Source: Heptranchias perlo
Taxonomy: Eukaryota
Length of the DNA: 64,000 nt
Assembly (NCBI RefSeq): GCF_035084215.1
Contig: NC_090340.1
Span: 2,728,001-2,792,000, forward strand
Direction of reading: 5' to 3'
In this document: positions 1 to 12,065 of the stretch, piece after piece
Layout: every line of letters starts with the position of its first letter
Numbering within the stretch: position 1 is the first letter of the stretch
Notes under the pieces: model-generated
The model's input: only the letters and a program-made list of their open reading frames with translations
What the model was told of the DNA's origin: nothing
Database searches by the model: none
Position numbers and translations under genes: made by a program

Positions 1-727
1 CATGGATTCTTATTTGAAAATTATTCTCATAAACGCTGAAAGAACAGAGATATTTTAATCAATCTTTGCTCTTTTATCTTCTTCTTCGCGAAAGTATAGA
101 TTCTTTTCTCTCAGATCTAATTTTTATCCTGGCTTCTTCTTGATGATATGATTGTGACTGAAAGTGAATTTTGTACAGTAACTAATAGATGTTGCTAAAA
201 TTACAGTTTGCAGCAGATTGTGAGCACGGTTTGTGGAATGCAGGAGACGGCGGTTGTGCTCCAAACAGTAAGGCACGAGTTACTGCCCGTTACTGCTCCA
301 AGGGCCACTTCCACACCTGAGCCGTGACTCCAGGAGGTACGGTGCAATGGGGCAGGAGACCCCGAACAGCAATCGCAGAGTTCTTGGAACCTGATTAAAA
401 GTGAATAATTGTAGCCAGTAGTCTTACACTTTGACGGATTTAAAACCCGGTGAAAGAACCGGAGTAGAACAACTGATGAGAAAGTACAATTTGCCCAACC
501 CGAAGAGAGTCGTAGCAAAGGGTTCTATCGCGCGATAACTGAGATCTGCTATCTTATCTTTAGGGTAGGTGATGATGTAAATGACCGAGGCTTTGGAGCA
601 GAACACCTGGCATAAATCCACGGTTAATGGTATTTGAGTTAAACACATGGTGGGGTCAGGGCCAGGGTGGGGGAGCGATCACAGTAATCGGTTCTATTTG
701 CAGGATAACTGAGATCTGCTATCTTAC

Positions 728-1033
728 CTATGGGATAGGTGACAATGTGAGTGGCCGTGGCTGGAATTTGGAATGTAACGTGAGACACCAGGCAGGTATA
801 AACAGTCCCGGTTGGAACAGGCGTATCATCCAAACGGCTGGAAGCTTCATATAGTCCATCGGTGATGAGTTGTATAACGTTACTTATCTCTGTTGTAGTT
901 TTGGTGCCATCTTTATACCAAGTGAAGGTGATATTCTCCGGGTAAAACGGAGATGTCGCGCACACAACTGTAAGAGACGCAGATGAATCCTTTTCATGTT
1001 CTTGAGAGGTAATTTTCAGCGGAGTTGGCGGAA
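728..1033 (-). CDS. Gene A exon 3: Ig C1-set domain
   Basis: Acceptor CTTTTCTAG|, donor AG|GTAAGAT; 306 nt; [31 protein letters not shown] is the C1 signature. Confidence 0.93.
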
Positions 1034-1957
1034 CTAGAAAAGTTGAGGAAAGCAACGTTACTCGGGCATCAGTCAAGGTCATCAACAGTCGCTTTGTTTC
1101 GTCCTAATCCGGACAGCACGATGAGGGGAGCTATTCACTCTGCGCTATCGGTAGCGACATCGTAAACGGCATTTTCGTAAACGTGCACTTTATTTCGGAG
1201 TAATTTTAACTTTTATCCCCGGGCGATAAACGGGTGACGGCTGATGGGAAAGAAAATCACCAGGGTGTAAATCGGACGGCCGATTCACTATCGCCTGTTT
1301 TGCGGTACCGCTGCCGATCAATTCCACCCCTTTAAGTATAGCAACTGATGATAAAGTACAATTTTCCCAAACGCGAGGGACTTTGACACAAAGTTTCTGG
1401 ATAATATCTTATTTACTGGAGACTAAAAAGATGATGAAAATATGGGGTACGTGGCTCAAGTTACTGAGTGTGGACTTTAACTGTTAGTCACACCCGGCTT
1501 TCAACGCTCTTAACATATAGACCATTAAATTACAAATGGGTGAATCTGAATTCCAATTGAAACAGTCAGCCCTCCGAACCAGTGCACACAAAATCAACCA
1601 TCAAACAGGATCACATTTTGCTTACGGTGGCAGAAAGCGTTCGTATCCAATACAATAAAACAAACACAAGTCTTTAACGGATATTGTAATTTTAACTTCA
1701 CATACTTTTTGCATACACGCTGACTGTGTATTTTTGGGGTAAAATTACTAAAAGACAATGCTCTTGTTGATTAATATTGCTGAAATATTGTAATACCCAT
1801 TAGCATGTAACGTGTATCAGCCTACAATGCAATTTGAATTTATTCGTATAAAACGATTGGAATTTAAGTTATAATGTGAATCCTTCAAAGCACACCCGAG
1901 AAATGATTCGAATATTACAGTCACAGAGATCGCATTCGTCGCTATTTTCATACTTAC

Positions 1958-2278
1958 CCCATACTGTTAAATGTGATCCCGTTCCGTTTCCAGCTATTCT
2001 CCCTTGATGGGCGACAGTGCAATAATACAATCCCGAGTCCTTTACAGTCACATTGATTAACCGTAGGAAGCCGCTGAATTTAGTTTTGAAGCCAGCTACT
2101 TTTCTGTCATCAGGTCCTGTGCTGAGATATTTATTATCACCCTGTTTCCACCAATGTACGTTCACACGTGGGCCGTCTTGAAAGAAGGGAATCGAGCAAT
2201 GAAAGGAGACGCTTGTACCCAAGATTGCGCTCGCGTTTCCCGGGAGTTGAGTCACTTTGACCGAAGTATCGCCGGAGT
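1958..2278 (-). CDS. Gene A exon 2: Ig V domain, germline VJ-joined type
   Basis: Acceptor TTTTCCGATAG|, donor G|GTAAGTA; 321 nt, phase 1-1; VTQ..FHC..HWWK..DSGLYYC..GNGTGSHLTV (B-Cys, C-Trp, DxGxYYC, J-like GxG). Confidence 0.93.
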
Positions 2279-2450
2279 CTATCGGAAAAGAAAATTAAAA
2301 ATGAATTAGTGAGATTGTATTACAGGAGAAAAAGCGGGAGGTTAAGGGAGTCAGGCAAAGCGTCCAAACGACAGTGATACATTTTATGTGAAAGTAAAGT
2401 ATTTACTTGCGCGTTTTAGCTATAACGCGGGTTGTAGAAGAAACAGGTAC

Positions 2451-2505
2451 CTATGGAAATGATTCCCAGAACAGAGATGCAATGAAGTACAACGCTCCCC
2501 AACAT
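2451..2505 (-). CDS. Gene A exon 1: signal peptide (MLGSVVLHCISVLGIISI)
   Basis: ATG plus 18 hydrophobic codons, then phase-1 donor ATAG|GTACC; joins the V exon in frame (I-D-SGDTSVKVTQ); conserved in the duplicate at 60019-60073. Confidence 0.8.
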
Positions 2506-3889
2506 TCTGAGCCAATTAATCACTCGGAGCGACAGACCGTGAACTGGCTGATGGTTTGTAAGAACACTGAGGGGCCGGAGTATGAAATACGTCACAATGA
2601 AGCATGATACTGTCAATGGATTCAGAAAATGCCCTTTTTTGTCTGTTTGGTGAGTTTTGCTGAAACAATTGTATATTCGCCAGAAGAGGGCGCAGCTCGG
2701 AATTTGAAGTTTGTGCAGCTGGACGGGCCCAGCCACGGGACCTTCCAACCGAAGGAAAACTGTGAAGAAAATATCATGCATTCCTTCGAGAATTCGAGAT
2801 TACAGTGCACTGTGCCTGGTATTTCCACGGGTGACGGGAGACCAGCGGAATCCCAGTGAAGACTGGCATCCTGGTGTAGAATTTCCTTTGAATGTATTCG
2901 CGGAACCCGCTAAACCTGTACTGCGGGGAATAAAACAGGGCGGGGACCGGACGTCCTGAAACACTGGTCCTTGTGCGTCACTGTGTTTATCGCTGGAAGG
3001 GGAGGCGATCACAATAATTACCGGCACTCCTATTGGCGGAGGTAAGGAAATGGCGGTTGTTACAGGATGACATCACCCATCCCAAATCCGTCATTGATGC
3101 CCGGATTGCCCCGTCTGACGCTGGAGTCGATACCTGCAGCAGGGCATCGAGGTGGAAGTAACTTTTTAAAGGACGACTTTGGTTCTATAAGAACTGCCAA
3201 GAAGTTGGCAATTTATGAATTGCAGCCAACCTGCAATCTATCTCTGTATGGTCTTTGGCGCAGACGGAACATCTTTTCCTTCAATCGTACACAAGCTTCA
3301 CTATGGGCTTCCCAATGGGGGTTGTTCTCTACAGTATCTTAACCGGAATGGAATAAGAGCGGGGAGTGAATGCTTCATTAGGCATCACAGGCGGAGGATC
3401 AGGCCAATCCTCCGTCCAAGAAATCACTCGAGAGATATATCTGGTGAGGCTTCATTGACTAAAGAATCTCTGGATGAGAAGCCAGACTTGAAAGCAGCTT
3501 CCACCTCTGGCACATCACTTAGTCTCGGCGGGGTCATTATCCACGGGACCAGGACAGTTGGCTCCACCACCCAGGTTGACATGATGTTCTTCCCCCAAAA
3601 AGATCAGTTACCTCGACAGGAGAAGCTCCCAATCCCTCAATGTACAGATTGTGTCTGACAACATGCACAGGATCCTACGTTTCAATGTAAGATTTGCTAG
3701 AAGTTGTCACGATGATTCATCCATTAAAATTCGACTGTCCCTGACCTCCTCTGGGAGTAAAATTACGTCAACGGATGGTTTGTAGATGACAAAACCTACC
3801 TCCTGTTCTAATTGAAAACGATCCCATGAAGCGTGGCTTGAACAACAGCAGAGGAGCGCTACAATGAGACACTTACCACTACAGGATTT

Positions 3890-4098
3890 ATGTAAACAGT
3901 TTTACAACAGCAAGTTATAGTCCAACAATTTTATTTGAAATTCACAAGCTTTCGGAATGTTGTAGAACATTCACCTGAGGAAGGAGGAAGCCTCCGAAAG
4001 CTTGTGAATTTCAAATAAAATTGTTGGACTATAACTTGGTGTTGTAAAATTGTTTACAATTGTCAACCCCAGTCCATCACTGGCATCTCCACATCATG
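3890..4098 (+). mobile_element. Penelope-like element terminal fragment with inverted segment
   Basis: ~66-bp inverted arms at 3891-3956 and 3993-4058; 12-bp TSD ACTACAGGATTT at 3878-3889 and 4099-4110; hammerhead motif inside. Confidence 0.8.
3969..4009 (+). ncRNA. Minimal type-I hammerhead ribozyme
   Basis: ATTCAC-CTGAGGA-A-GGAGG(AAG)CCTCC-GAAA-GC-TT-GTGAAT: 6-bp stem I, both core boxes, 5-bp stem II, palindromic AGCT stem III. Confidence 0.8.
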
Positions 4099-4119
4099 AC
4101 TACAGGATTTGTCATTGAA

Positions 4120-4885
4120 AGGTCTACACTGCAGCTACAGTACGTCGGTAGTGGATGGAGTGGACTTTTAAGATGGTGGTTGGGTTGCTGATCAAGTGGC
4201 CTGTTTTGCCCTGGATGGTGCATAAGTTCTTGAGTGTTGCTGCAGCTGCACCCATCCAGGCAAGTGGAGAGCATTCCATTACACTCCTACTTATGCCTTC
4301 TTGGTGGTGCAGACTCTTTGGGGAGTCAGGAGGTGAGACATTCGCCGCAGAATACAGTCTCTGACCTGCTCTGGTACCCACGGCTTTTATGTGGCTGGTC
4401 CAGTTGAGTTTCTGGTCTATGGCGAAACCGATGATGTTTATAATGGGGGCTACGGGTATGGAAATGCCATTGAATGTCAAGGACAGGCGGTTAGGCTCGC
4501 TCTTGCTGGAGATGGACATTGACTAGCATTTGTTTGGTGTAAATGTTGCTTTCCACTTAAGAGCTGAAGTCTGGAGGTCTTACTGCATGCTGGCGAGGAT
4601 TGTAACATCAGCTGAGGAATTGTGAATTGGGCTGAGCACTGCACAATCATCAGCCCCACTTTTGAGCTTATGATGGAGGAAATGTCATTGGTGTAGCAGA
4701 TAAAGGTAGTTGGGCCTAGGACCTTGCCCCGAGGAACTCCTGCAGTGATGTCCTGGGGACGAGATGATTCTCCTCCAAAAATCACAGCCATCTTTCTTTG
4801 TGTCAATTATGGCTCCAACCACTGGAGGGGGTTCCCCCTGATCCCCATTGATTTCAGTTTTACGTGGGGTCCTTGGTGCCACAGC
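4120..4885 (-). mobile_element. Second LINE family fragment
   Basis: AGVPRGKVLGP; RSVMECSPLAWM. Confidence 0.85.
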
Positions 4886-4899
4886 CAGTCAAGGTGACT

Positions 4900-7500
4900 A
4901 CTATCTGCCACTCTATTAATTGGCTGCGTGCCTGCTGGAGGGGTGGCAAATATGGTTTCACTGACGCCACTTAAAGGCAGCCAACTCCTCTTAAAGGAGA
5001 GGTGCACTCTTGCTGCAGACAGCAGGTAACGTTTATGAAGAAATAAATGGCTGCAAGACCAATTAATCGGGACCCCAGGTTCTCTTATGCAGTTTTCGAG
5101 ACCCTGGTCCAAGTGGTAGACAGTGGGAGGGAGATCCCGTTCCTCCCATGGGGCAGAAGCCCTACAGGAAACACCTCCTTCGCCAGTGGGAAGAGGTTGC
5201 AGAGGAGGCTAATACAATGAGTTTAGCCCCCAGGATATGGCTGCAATGCAGGAAGAAGTTCAATGACTTCACCAGCATTGTTAAGGTAAGAGTACTGCTT
5301 TCTCACTCTCTGCTCACACCTCCACAACATGCAGCCTCGCTACTCACATTACTCTCCTCCCCTACTTCCCTCCACTCTCAAACAAACATTGAACAACATA
5401 TCACTCAAATTCCTTCTCCCCCTAGTCACACACACTGCATCTCCCACTCTCATCACTATTGTAACCCTCACTCCCTGATACCTCACAACTTACAAACAAC
5501 ATAAGAGTTATTCGATCATAACTGGCAAATTTCTAAATACTTCAGAAGGATCTCTCTAACCCACTCCCTTTTTTTCTTGCAGGAGAAGAATGCCTATAAT
5601 ATGCAGCAGGAGGGTGTGACCAGGGGGCGTTGAGTCCTCCTGCAATTCGCCTTTTCTGCAGAAGAATGTGTGCTGGCCATCATGGGCAAGGGGAGAGTCA
5701 TGGCCGTGGTGCGTGCAACGCTGTAGGGCTTCTACACAGCTCATCCTCCTTTTTGATTCTTAATTATACCTCACCCTACACACTCTGCATGACAAACTGC
5801 GGCTCCTTTCACCAGCCATTCACCTCTCCTTGCTTTCCCATCTAACTAAGAGCTAACCCTTGGCCCTCTTTCTCATTTCAGTTGATGAAAATGTGGAAAC
5901 CCCTGTACCACTTCAGGAAGAGGGGGCCAGCCTCCCTGAAGATTCAGCGTCACTCGATCTGACGCTAGCAAGCAGCAGCACAGAAACTGGTACAATGGGT
6001 AATTGAGAGAGATGCCTAGAGCAGAGGTCTTCATGTACTGAATCGCTGGCAACAAGTGTGCAGGAGCTAAGGCATGGGGATAGGATGCCAAAGGTGCCAG
6101 CTAGCCAGAGGGCGAGATCACGCACTCGCTCTGCTGCAGAGGGCTCAGATGCAGACTTCGAGGCCCAAGCCTGCTGAAGAAGGGCATACACCAGGAAGTG
6201 CTAGGTGCATTGGGCATCTGCCAACGGGCTTGCGTGCAAAGGCTCAAAACAAGGACGAGTCCAGCTCCAACTTGTGTCAAGGCTTGACGCAGAGCATGGA
6301 GATCATACTATCCAACATGGACTGAGTGGTGAGCTCCATTAAGGAGATAGTGGCACCCACTATGATGAAGCCATTGCTGACAGCTCTGACAGTTTCCATG
6401 GCAGCTCCCACTGCTGCTATGGGAACTCTTACGGTGCCATCTTGGCTGTGGGGGCCAGTGTTGTCAGGGGCTTCAAGAATGTCACATTAGTCCTGCACTC
6501 AGTTCTCACGCAGAGCCATGGGAATGCTAAGGCACAGTCCCAGGAGATTGGACTTGGCTCCATTGGTATTTTGGGGATGAGAGGGATGGGTCAAGCATTG
6601 CTGTCCTCTCTCAGAATGACAGCATACCCGCTCCTTCATCATCCGCTCCGCCAGTGCCCTTGGTAGTGCCACTCAGCCAGCTGGGCCAGACTGCACCAGT
6701 CCAGGCCGACATGCTGCAGTCTGCAGCCGGGGCCTCAAGGCCCAGAGCTGTGCGAGATCGCCCACCAGTGCGGCCTGAAAAATCTTCGATGGCAGCTCAG
6801 GAGACTTCCACCTCCCAAGGTGTAGCCACTGAGGAAACACCTTGTAGGAGCAATAGGACAGATACACTAGCACATGAGACAGGAACTAAGTGGTAGATAA
6901 GGGCGATTCTTAATTATTCTTGTTAATTATAGCGCACAGATGGAATTACGTTTCTGCATTTTTTTCTCTGGATTCGATTTCTGTGTTAATATTTGTAGTG
7001 AAGTGAGCGCAAGATCCATCAGGCTGGACTGAAGGAAAGTAATCGGATGATGGAAGCAAGGACGATGGTGATTAGGATTGTGGGTCTGTTGGTATTTTGG
7101 GGATGAGAGGGATGGTTCACGTGAAACGCTCTTGGATGAGCTGCTGTCTAAGAAATCTGGCATTTAGGGACGCTGGTGGTCGATGTTGCTCTGTTCCTCC
7201 TCTTCTTCATGCTGTTCATCGTCCGCCTCCTCCTGCTCCTGCTGAACCTTTTGCTGCCCAGGTGGTGGCAAGTGTTGGTCCCTCATTATAGTGAAGTTAT
7301 GGAGCATGCACCGCAGGCTCACAAATCTAGCTACCCGGTCAGGATTGTACTGCAAAGTTCCTCCCACCAGTCCAAGAAGTGGGAGCGTTGCTTGAGGTCG
7401 CCGACCGTCTGCTTGATGATATTTCTGGCAGTAGAATGGCTGTCACTATACGCCTGCTCTGTGGCTGTGCCCGGGTTCTTGACAGGCGTCACGAGCCATG
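4900..7500. mobile_element. Decayed Harbinger (Myb gene on +, transposase C-terminus on - at ~7110-7500)
   Basis: QWEEVAEE..RIWLQCRKKFNDFT; GGTLQYNPDRVARFVSLRCMLHNF..poly-E..LIQERFT*. Confidence 0.85.
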
Positions 7501-7504
7501 TCCT

Positions 7505-7845
7505 GTTGGAGGTGCCGTCTTTTGGATGAGGCGTTAAACCGAAGCCCCGACTGCCCTCTCAGGTGAACAAAGAAAGAGCCCAGGAACTATTGAAAAGAAA
7601 AGCAGTGGAGTTCTCCCCAGTGTCTTGGCTAATATTTATCCCACAACCAACATCACTAAAACAGATTATCTGGTCATTAATCTCATTGCTGTTTGTGGGA
7701 TCTTGCTGTGCGGAAATAAGCTGCCCAATTTCTTACATCTCAACAGTGAGTACACTTCAAGAGTACTTCATTGGCTGTAAACCGCTTTGAGACGACCTGA
7801 GGTTGTGAAAGGAGCTATAAAAATGCCAGTCTTTATTTTCTTTCT
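7505..7845 (+). mobile_element. DeuSINE (SacSINE1/AmnSINE1-like), 5'-truncated
   Basis: GGTGCCGTCTTTTGGATGAGGCGTTAAACCG Deu-core-like sequence; tail GTGAAAGG..TATAAAAATGC. Confidence 0.75.
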
Positions 7846-8518
7846 CAACTGGGAACCAGCCACCTCACGTCCTGTGAATCGGCTGGGGCCACATCCTCCC
7901 TAGCATTACCGAATTACTCCTAGGTTGCTCGATTTCACATTGATGCAGGCCTAATAGTGTAACTCCTGCTCCTTATCCATATTCTTTATAGAGCGAACAG
8001 ATCCAGACAGATTCTAATGGTCGTGATATATCCGACAGGTGTTTATTAGATAAAGACATTGAGTAGTACATGCGAGATATAAGTCTATATACACAGAAGT
8101 GGAATACCCATCGCGGTGCTCGAGCTTACACCTCACTAGGCAGTTCGCAGTCTTGAGTCTCCACTTGTTCTAAAACTCACTGATATTTATACTTCTGATG
8201 GACAATTCCTAAGCAGGGTCAGGTGATTTGGTTCGAACCTATTGGAGTAGATCTTGACTTTGTGCGATATGGAAATAAATACCGGGAGAGAAGTAAAACG
8301 GGCTGCCCACTCGCTATCACTCGTTTCACACTGTCCCTCGAAGACTTATGCGATCTTTGTGTGTCATATATTATTACATCACTAGGTGGCAATGTTGCAC
8401 CACATATATTTCATATTCAACGGAATGTGGAAGATACTTCAGCTGGGATGTAGGTAGCTTCAAACCAATCCGATTCCCACATTTCCCCAGAAAAGTAGCA
8501 ACTTAAACCAGATATATT

Positions 8519-9087
8519 GGCGTTACTTTTGACTTTGGATGATTGTGTAAAACGCGCGATATCGACTTGGCCACGCGTTAACGGAAGGCCGAGATGTCTA
8601 ACCGGTGGCAGAGGAGTTTAAGCGGTGGAAGAGGTGTTTAATGGATAGGAAATGTGTTTAAGGGGCGGGAGAGGTGTTTAACAGGTAGGAGAGGTACGTA
8701 ACGAATAGGAGAGATGTTTAACAGGCGGGAGAGTGCTTAGGCGGTGGAAGAGATGTGTAACGGGTGGGGGAGATGTTTAAAGGGTGGAAGAGGTACTTAA
8801 CGGGTGGGAGAAGTGGGCGAGGTGTCTAAAGGGATGGAGAGGTCTTTAAAGGGGGGAAGTGGTTTTTAACGGGTGGGATAGGCACTTAACGGGTGGGAGA
8901 GGTATTTAACAGGTTGGAGATGTGTTTTCCGGGTAAAAGAGGTGGTTAACCGGTTGGAGAGGTGTTTAACGTGTAGGAGAGTTGTTCAACGGGTGGGAGA
9001 GGTGTTTAAAAAGTGGGAGAGGTGTTTAATGCATGGGCCAGCCGATATCACACGTTTTCCACTATCGTCTAAAATTAAATTACCCCC
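8519..9087. mobile_element. MITE with ~50-bp imperfect TIRs enclosing a 20-bp minisatellite
   Basis: 8519-8572 is an inverted match to 9036-9087. Confidence 0.7.
8580..9030. repeat. Minisatellite, ~22 x 20 bp (AACGGGTGGGAGAGGTGTTT)
   Basis: Visible degenerate tandem periodicity. Confidence 0.92.
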
Positions 9088-10609
9088 GTAGTCTCCAAAC
9101 TAGGCCATAATTCTTTACACGATCTCTTTGATGCTTCTTACATTGCCTTAAACTGACAACTCATCATATTTGTTTCTATTTGCGTTGCAGAATCCCAACG
9201 TCCTAATCTAAACCACGTGTTAGCCTCTATCACACAGAATACATTCTCACAATATACAGATATTAATATTGACTTCTGTATTGTTAATCTTTTCTCATTA
9301 TTTCTCATCAGATGTTCTAAGCTTTATGCCGAATCACGCCCAAAGTATGCCTGTGGTTTCTACACATCCCCTTTAATGTAGCCCTCTGTGCTAACTGTGG
9401 ATTAAAATAGGGATTTGGTCATAGTGGCGGGAGTTGCTAGGAGATAAAATATATCGCGCTTTCAGTAGATACAAAATGGGTAGTGGTCAGTTAGTCTGCA
9501 ACTGTAGTTTGAAGTAGAAACTGTTAACATTTATTTGTTAGAAGGAGGACGAGCGAAGTATAGTGAAAGTTCGAGGGATGGAGAAAGAGTTGACCTATGA
9601 GGAAGTGAGACGGGGTGATGGGCAGGAGAGTAAATGCTAACCCACCGAGAGAAGGTAGAAATCCGAATCTTGAGCGAGATAAGAACTGGAGAAGTCTCGT
9701 CTAGACACAGAAAGGGAACCATCAGTCCTGAGAGCTAATGAATAATAATAATGAATGCATTCCTATACTAACTATAGTAACTATAAATATGAGTGGCACC
9801 TCAGGGGCTGAGATCCCTATTGCAGTTACGGATGTAGAAGTTCAAAGTGGAGCGGGGTTTCCATGTGCATTCGGAGCCCAGATAGGAATCCATTTTGTGA
9901 GTAGATGGTCCAGACATTCAAATGCGTGTTACTGAACTACAGAGAAAAGCTAACTGCTAATTAGTCCATTCTCAGTGTCTGAATCTTGTTTAGAGTTGCG
10001 CATTGAAACACTAGCTATCCCATGATATCGTTTATCCATTCCAATCTGTTAACCTGTTAAACTATACACTATCCTACATTTGCCTCCTTGGAACGCAGGA
10101 AAATACTTTTCCAGGATTGCACACTCAACTATCTCTCTCACTGTTTCCATCATAACCTACCTTAATTTCACTTGCTTGATGCTACGTCTAATCACTCACA
10201 ATTATAATTAATACTACTCAAATAATACCTTGGGCTACCACGAGCAACTCAGACGTAATCCGTGTCCATGGATGTTTTCCAACACTATACATTACTTACC
10301 ATCATTCATATATCTGACACAAGCCAAAATCTGGATTTCAAAGACCCCCCCAGTTCTCTTTTACCGTTATTCATAGTGCGGATAATTTTAATTTCACTTT
10401 TGGAGATCACCCAATTTGGGGTTTCCAATTCAATATCCTACTCTACTTTGAACCTCAATTACCCTGATGAAAAATCAATGTTTTAACACTATGCTGGCTG
10501 TATTATTAATTAATGTACAGAAGGTTGGTTTCTCTGTGGAGCGTGTACAGAGCTTTGAGTAAAAGGATGAAATTAGTAGTATTACGGTATATGAGGCTGA
10601 ACGTGTCCA

Positions 10610-11250
10610 TTTGCAACCTTGATCCTATTTGACTATTTGATCTTCAGACCACATATCTGCTCCATCACCAAGACCACGTAATTCCACCTCTGTAGCATGT
10701 CCCACCTCCACCCCTGCCTCAGCTCAACTGCTACTGAAACCCAAATCCATGATTTTGTTACTTCTAGACTCGACGATTCCAATGTTCTTCTGGTCGGCCT
10801 TCCATCTTCCACCCATACTTTAGCTCATCCAAAACTCTGCTGCCTTATGCTAACTGGCACCAAATCCCGTCCACCCATCACCCATGTGCTCACTGACCTA
10901 CATTGGCTCCTGGTCGGGCAATGCCTCAATTTTAACATTCTCATTCTTGTTTTCAAATCCCTCCACGGCCTAGCCCCTACCTCTCTCTGTAACCTCCTAC
11001 AGCCCTACAGCCCACCGAGGTCTCTGCACTCCTACAATTCTTGCCTCTTGCGCATCCCCGATTTTAATTGCTCCACCATTGGTGGAGGTGCCTTCGGCTG
11101 GCTAGGTCCTAAACTCTGGAATCCCCCCTAAATCTCTCCGCCTCTTTACCTCGCTCTCCTCATTTAAGGCGCTCCTTCCATCTACCTCCTTGACTAAGCT
11201 TTTGGTCACTTGTCCTAATATTTCCTTATGTGGCTCGGTGTCAAATTTGT
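10610..11250 (+). mobile_element. L2 LINE 3' fragment
   Basis: IHDFVTSRLD..ITHVLTDLHWL..FKSLHGLAP..LWN. Confidence 0.85.
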
Positions 11251-11269
11251 GCCACGGCCCGTGACTTCA

Positions 11270-12065
11270 ACTGGGCCTGGAAAGAGAGGCGAGTGACAAG
11301 GTTTCGCAGTTAGTGACGTGGTTAGCAGTTAGTGCAAAAAAAAGGGGGAGAGACTTAGTATGTGACCTCCTGAAAGGTTGTGAAAATGTGTGTGTCGAGG
11401 TAGAATTATGTGGATGATGCTTGAAAGATGCCACAGGTACGGGGAAGTGAGGGGAATAATTGTGAGGAGAGTAGCAGATGCAAATGGTGCACGAAGCAGC
11501 AGATGGTGGTTCAGTGACATGCGCTGCTGTGATTGGAGGAGAATGGTGGGAAGCATGAAGGGAAGGCTCATATGTGCTGGGCTCCAAGTGTTGCAGGACT
11601 GAACAGAGAGTAAGAGAGATGTGAGTAGGAGTCTTACCTTAGCACCTCTTGTCAGATCATTGAATTGTTTCCTACATTGCAGTCAGGTCCTGGGCTATAT
11701 GCACAATTTATTCAACAGCTCAGCCACTTCTGTGCAGTGTTTGTGGGCTATTTGCTTTGGCTCACTTCTCAAACAGCCAGAAACAGGACCTCGACCTCCT
11801 GCTGACCACCTCCACAAGGACATCCAGCAATGTCCGAAGCCATTGGGGCCATTGATGTGCTCATTCTGATTGTATTCGCCCCTTTCAAGCACAGAAACAT
11901 GCTGTACGGGCAAACTTCACCCACCCCTTCAAGAGGTACAGGCCTTGAAATGAGACCACTGTCGTACAATTTCCCATTCGCCTAATGACGAGCTGACAAT
12001 AACCAGCATAGCAGCACCGATAGTTCGTCCATCGTGGCCAATAGAGGCAACAAGCGAATTTGGGT
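11270..12065 (-). mobile_element. Decayed Harbinger Myb exon 1 and intron
   Basis: AGGACCTGACTGCAATGTAGGAAACAATTCAATGATCTGACAAGA reads as a degenerate RTWxQCRKQFNDLTR, followed by GTAAG. Confidence 0.65.

Larger units (their letters stand above)
2860..4125 (+). mobile_element. Decayed Harbinger transposase remnant, interrupted by a Penelope-type insertion
   Basis: NVQIVSDNMHRILRFNVRFARSCHD (~3640-3715) and ERYNETLTTTGFVIERS across the insertion match transposase motifs. Confidence 0.7.

Noticed and set aside
680-710. CACAGTA heptamer-like sequence (possible RSS)
   Set aside because: No nonamer at 12 or 23 spacing, and it lies beyond C1; the V exons are already J-joined
1626-1747. AG/GT-bounded segment in the gene A V-C1 intron with partly hydrophobic translation (LVFVLLYWIR)
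   Set aside because: Multiple stops, length not a multiple of 3, donor absent in the gene C copy; too weak, though positionally like 24647-24772
1958-2278. Assigning a gene symbol (SIRPA, NCR3, NCR3LG1, IGL, TCR)
   Set aside because: Architecture overlaps several families; orthology cannot be determined without a phylogeny
8580-9030. CRISPR-like periodicity
   Set aside because: Contiguous degenerate tandem units without spacers; eukaryotic DNA, no cas genes
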